Origin: an uncultured Gammaproteobacteria bacterium
GTDB lineage: Bacteria; Patescibacteriota; Microgenomatia; Daviesbacterales; UBA10151
Assembly: GCA_964523905.1 (NCBI GenBank)
Contig: CAZFYQ010000001.1
Coordinates: forward strand, 121,739-185,738
DNA length: 64,000 nucleotides
Direction of reading: 5' to 3'
The notes below the pieces were generated by a model. That model was not told where the DNA came from, made no database searches, and worked only from the letters and a program-made list of their open reading frames with translations. The position numbers and the translations under genes were made by a program. Of this stretch, positions 60,068 through 64,000 are shown in pieces. Every line of letters begins with the position of its first letter. The stretch's first letter is position 1.

Positions 60068-62110
60068 TTAATCAGGCATCACCTCGGACGATATACTTTG
60101 TAATTGTGCCTGTAGTAATGGATATTTGTCAAGCGTGGGGTTTTTTCCAAGCAGAGTTTTGGCAGCGGCTTTGGTTTTCTCAATCAGTGCCAAATCTGAT
60201 AATCTGGCAATCTTAAACTCCATTCTGCCGTGTTGGGCTGTTGAAAAAATTATCCCTCCGCCTCTTATTTTTAAATCAAGTTCGGCTAACTTTAAACCAT
60301 CAAAAGTCTCTTCCATAATTTTTAATCTTTCATTTTCTTCCTCAGAATTTTGTGAAGAATAAAGTAGACAAAATGACTCTTTATCTCCCCGGCCGATTCT
60401 GCCCCGGAGTTGGTGTAACTGGGCTAATCCATAGCGTTCTGCACCCTCAATCACCATTATTGTGGCATTGGGTATATCCATGCCGACTTCAACAACTGAT
60501 GTGGAAACCAGGATGTTAATTTGATTGGCCCGAAACTCTTCTATCACCTTGGCTTTTTCTGCTGACTTCATTCGGCCGTGTAATAATCCCAATTTAAATT
60601 TAGGGAAATAATCTTTCAATTTTTCTAGTTCCTTTTTGGCAGCTTTAACCGAAACCATCGTTTCTGATTCATCAATTAAAGGAGTAATTACATATGCTTG
60701 TTCACCAGCACTTAAGTGTTTTTTAATAAATCCATAACCATCTTCTCTTTTCTTTTCCGGGACTAAATAGGTCTTTATTTTCTGTCTGCCTTTAGGTAAT
60801 TGATCAATAACAGAGATATCCAAATCCCCGTATAAAGTTAAAGCCACTGTTCGAGGAATCGGGGTTGCAGTCATAGTCAAAAAATGCGGAGCTGGGCCTT
60901 TTTGACGCAGTTTGGTGCGTTGGGCAACTCCAAAACGATGCTGCTCGTCGATAATGACTAACCCAACATCAGGAGCTTCGAGTTTATCAGAAATCAACGC
61001 ATGTGTGCCAATAATTACTTGTGATTTTTGTCCACTTTCTGACTGGATCTCCTTTCTACTGCCAGTGTAAATACCAACTGTGATGCCAAATGGCTTTAGT
61101 AATCGGCTGACAGTTTCAAAATGCTGCCAGGCCAGAATTTCTGTAGGAGCCATTAACAAAGATGTAAAACCATTAATGCTGGCCAGGTAGATAAATAAAG
61201 TAGCTACTACTGTTTTACCTGATCCCACCTCTCCTTGTACTAATCTATTCATTGGATAATCTCTTTTTAAATCAGCAATAATTTCTTTGACTACTTTTTT
61301 CTGGGCTTTTGTCAGCTCAAAGGGCAAGCTTTTGGTAAACTGATCAAGATCTTTTTCCTTAATATCCCATCGCTTGATTAGGCTTTTTTTGATCCAGCTT
61401 AAACGGGCCTTTTGGGTGGCTAGGGAAACATAAAACAGCTCATCAAATCCGAGACGTTCGCGCGAAGCATTGATATCCTCCATGGTGTTGGGAAAATGCA
61501 CTTTGGAAATGGCCTCAGGTAAAGTTAACATTTCGCCCCTGACAATATCCGGTAATGGATCTTCAATCTTATCAATGATAGTGGGCAGATATTTATCGAT
61601 TTTTGTCCTAATTGATTTGGAAGTAATACCAGCTGTTTCTGGATAAATTGGCACGATCCTGCCGGTATGTAGAGTTTGTGGAGTAAGAGCGAACAGATCA
61701 TCGACATTTTCCATCAGTTCCCATTTAGGAACCATAATGGATAATTTATTTTTATACCTTATTAATTTCCCGGAGATTTGCACCCGATCCCCTGCTTTAA
61801 GGCCTTTGGTAATGTATGGCATATTAAACCAGGTCAAGTTAACCGGTTCAGTATTGTCATTAAAAATTCCTTGAGTAATGATTTTGTGGGATCTTGTATA
61901 GATATTTTTGATAGAAACAATTTCACCTTGTAGCGTCACCACTTCATCGATCTGAGCATCACTTCCTTTTTTAATTACTGAGTAATCTTCATAGCGAAAT
62001 GGAAAGTGAAAAATTAAATCTCTTAAAGTATACAAGTCTAAGTTGGCCAGTTTATTGGCCACGTAATTACCGATGCCTGGTAAATTGGACAACAAAGTGC
62101 TGGGAATCAT
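60068..62110 (-). CDS. recG: ATP-dependent DNA helicase RecG
   Basis: RLVQGEVGSGKT, MAPTEILA, DEQHRFGV, MTATPIPRT, LHQLRGRIGR, DLKIRG.G. Confidence 0.97.
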   Translation of the reverse strand: MIPSTLLSNLPGIGNYVANKLANLDLYTLRDLIFHFPFRYEDYSVIKKGSDAQIDEVVTLQGEIVSIKNIYTRSHKIITQGIFNDNTEPVNLTWFNMPYITKGLKAGDRVQISGKLIRYKNKLSIMVPKWELMENVDDLFALTPQTLHTGRIVPIYPETAGITSKSIRTKIDKYLPTIIDKIEDPLPDIVRGEMLTLPEAISKVHFPNTMEDINASRERLGFDELFYVSLATQKARLSWIKKSLIKRWDIKEKDLDQFTKSLPFELTKAQKKVVKEIIADLKRDYPMNRLVQGEVGSGKTVVATLFIYLASINGFTSLLMAPTEILAWQHFETVSRLLKPFGITVGIYTGSRKEIQSESGQKSQVIIGTHALISDKLEAPDVGLVIIDEQHRFGVAQRTKLRQKGPAPHFLTMTATPIPRTVALTLYGDLDISVIDQLPKGRQKIKTYLVPEKKREDGYGFIKKHLSAGEQAYVITPLIDESETMVSVKAAKKELEKLKDYFPKFKLGLLHGRMKSAEKAKVIEEFRANQINILVSTSVVEVGMDIPNATIMVIEGAERYGLAQLHQLRGRIGRGDKESFCLLYSSQNSEEENERLKIMEETFDGLKLAELDLKIRGGGIIFSTAQHGRMEFKIARLSDLALIEKTKAAAKTLLGKNPTLDKYPLLQAQLQSISSEVMPD

Positions 62111-62166
62111 AGGCTTTAGTATATCAAATTTGCATTTTAGTGCCTAAAGTAGGATAATCTGAAGCT

Positions 62167-62895
62167 ATGGAAAGATTAGACGTAGGTATAGATAGTAGAT
62201 ATCGAAATACTTTAGCAGTTGGTCCTGCTGCAGAAGCATTTCCTAAAAAGTCATTTCTATCAAAAATTAAGGATTCAATTACAGTAGACTCTGTTAAAAG
62301 TGGTTTAATCGGAGCAGCAATAGGAATTGGGGTTAAATATGGAGTAAAAACTTTTATTACTGGAATAGGAGTAGCTGCTCCACTTGCTGGAGTTGCAGCT
62401 GGTGCAGCTGCAGGTGCTGCCTTGGAAATGGAAAGACAATATCAGAAAGAAAATCATTCCAGTCTTTTTGGTGATATATTACGGATGAGACTAAAAGGAA
62501 CACACTTTCATAAGGGGAGAATAGTTTCCAGTGCCATTATTGGCGGAGTAGGGACCTTTATTGGAGGTGCAGTACTTGATGTAGTAGCAGATAATATAAG
62601 TCATTTTACAAATGTTGTTTCTGCTCAAACACTTTCTCCTAATGTTGAAATTCAAAATACTCCAGTATCAGTGGAACTAGCTCGTCCGGAGACTGACTTT
62701 AAAACTTTTGTTACCATTCAGCAAGATTCCAATCCTTGGAATACTATTAGAGCTTACCAATTTGAAGTTTTAGGTCATCAGCCATCTCCTCAGGAAATCC
62801 ATTATGGTGTATACAAATCACTAGAAATATCAGGGTTAGCTTCAGTAGATGATCATCTTCTCCCACCGGGAACAAGGTTATATCTTAATAGCTAG
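62167..62895 (+). CDS. Hypothetical membrane protein with glycine-zipper helices and LysM-like C-terminus
   Basis: GxxxG/AxxxA-rich helices; VTIQQDSNPWN...HLLPPGTRLYL resembles LysM ends. Confidence 0.55.
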   Translation: MERLDVGIDSRYRNTLAVGPAAEAFPKKSFLSKIKDSITVDSVKSGLIGAAIGIGVKYGVKTFITGIGVAAPLAGVAAGAAAGAALEMERQYQKENHSSLFGDILRMRLKGTHFHKGRIVSSAIIGGVGTFIGGAVLDVVADNISHFTNVVSAQTLSPNVEIQNTPVSVELARPETDFKTFVTIQQDSNPWNTIRAYQFEVLGHQPSPQEIHYGVYKSLEISGLASVDDHLLPPGTRLYLNS

Positions 62896-62985
62896 TTAGA
62901 AGTGGTAGTAAAGAAAATAAAATAATCGCAATTCCACCGATTACAGATAAGATAATCCAAAAGATTCTGGTTTTTTTCGAAGGCA

Positions 62986-64000
62986 TCATATTTTGGTCAG
63001 CCTTTCAATTTCTTCTAGCGCAGCTTTTCTTTTAGGATCTTCAAAATATTTCCGGGCTGGTTCTAATTTCTGAATTAACCACTGCGCAACAGCTGCTTTT
63101 AAATCCATGGGATGCAATTTTTTATCTGCATAATCTTTTTCGAGGTCTTTGTAAGAAGTGTAACTTAAATCCCCACCCCATTTCTCATCTCTTTTAATGA
63201 CCAATGTGGTTGGATGATAAAAAACGAGCCATTTAACCCAATCTAAAATTGGATTCATTTCCACAACTCCCTCAGGAGCATAAGCATTGTTAACTTTTCT
63301 AGTAATCTCCTCTGGTGAATCGTGTAGGAAGACTGCACTGTCTGGTTTTGATTTACTCATTTTCAAGGCTAATTTAACTGATTCAGTGTCATCACCCTCT
63401 GTAACCTCTGGTTTTAAAAGTCCTTGTAACAGGTGATGATGAATGGCAATTGGTTTAGGAAAGCCAACTTCTTTGGCTGCATCTCTTGCTACAACATGAA
63501 CATTTCTTTGATCAGTTCCGGCGTGGGCTAAAGTTATTCCCATTGCAAAGATATCTGCTGATTGTAAAGCTGGATAAATTAACATGGCAGCATCGGAGAT
63601 TTCTGATTCTTTTCTACCCATAATAGTAGTAGAGCGAAGCATTCTGGCAAGAGTTGTTGCTTTAGAAACTTTAATCATAGTGGCCCAATATTCACTCCCC
63701 TTTTTGTCATAAAGCTCTGATCCTAAAACAAATTCTATTTTTTCAGGATTTGCTCCGACACATAGAGCGGCGGCTTTTAGTCCTTCTTCAAAATATTCCC
63801 TAGCCATTTTTCTAGCTGTTTCCAATGTCCCATCGAGTTTTTTATTAAGCCAGGTGTGCCAGTCAGCTAAAAGAATAGTAGTTTCAATTCCCGCATCTTG
63901 TAAGTCCTTTATTTTTAGCATTGAAGCAAGTCCAGTTCCAAGGTGAACTCTGCCAGAAATTTCAAAGCCAATATAATGCTTTAAAGGTGTACCGGAATCT
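62986..64000 (-). CDS. tyrS: Tyrosine--tRNA ligase, archaeal/eukaryotic type (5' end outside window)
   Basis: Frame stays open upstream: YIGFEISGRVHLGTG; LADWH..LN.K, YPALQ.AD, GTDQR, KMSKS, LHPMDLK. Confidence 0.93.
   Translation of the reverse strand, partial: DSGTPLKHYIGFEISGRVHLGTGLASMLKIKDLQDAGIETTILLADWHTWLNKKLDGTLETARKMAREYFEEGLKAAALCVGANPEKIEFVLGSELYDKKGSEYWATMIKVSKATTLARMLRSTTIMGRKESEISDAAMLIYPALQSADIFAMGITLAHAGTDQRNVHVVARDAAKEVGFPKPIAIHHHLLQGLLKPEVTEGDDTESVKLALKMSKSKPDSAVFLHDSPEEITRKVNNAYAPEGVVEMNPILDWVKWLVFYHPTTLVIKRDEKWGGDLSYTSYKDLEKDYADKKLHPMDLKAAVAQWLIQKLEPARKYFEDPKRKAALEEIERLTKI

Overview
Chromosomal segment of a low-GC, gene-dense bacterium. Gene content and style (stand-alone receiver domains, cohesin/dockerin surface proteins, a type IV pilus locus without secretin, short HolB, rpsP-khpA-trmD without rimM, archaeal-type TyrRS) point to Patescibacteria/CPR, most likely Microgenomates; this is inference, no marker search was run. 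Layout: (1) 1-9 kb signalling cluster with two histidine kinases, two single-domain response regulators, an orphan solute-binding protein and an O-methyltransferase; (2) 9-16.4 kb housekeeping genes (rluA-type, Kef antiporter, LCP, yebC, ruvC); (3) an 850-bp non-coding gap, then an intact Xer-like recombinase and a catalytically degenerate paralogue that bracket a dockerin + two-cohesin surface-protein operon; (4) a holin/amidase/holin-like trio with no other phage genes; (5) gyrA and gyrB separated by about 11 kb of peptidoglycan genes (Fem, mur) and a complete serine pathway; (6) a 14.5-kb type IV pilus cluster with ten pilin-like genes, three of which share exact 5' DNA blocks; (7) translation/RNA genes, recG and a partial tyrS. 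No rRNA, tRNA or CRISPR array was seen. Best leads: the recombinase-flanked cohesin-dockerin system, mosaic pilin 5' ends, the split-sensor signalling cluster with a pilin-type signal peptide on the binding protein, a serine-less acyl carrier protein, and in-frame heptamer-repeat elements inside genes.
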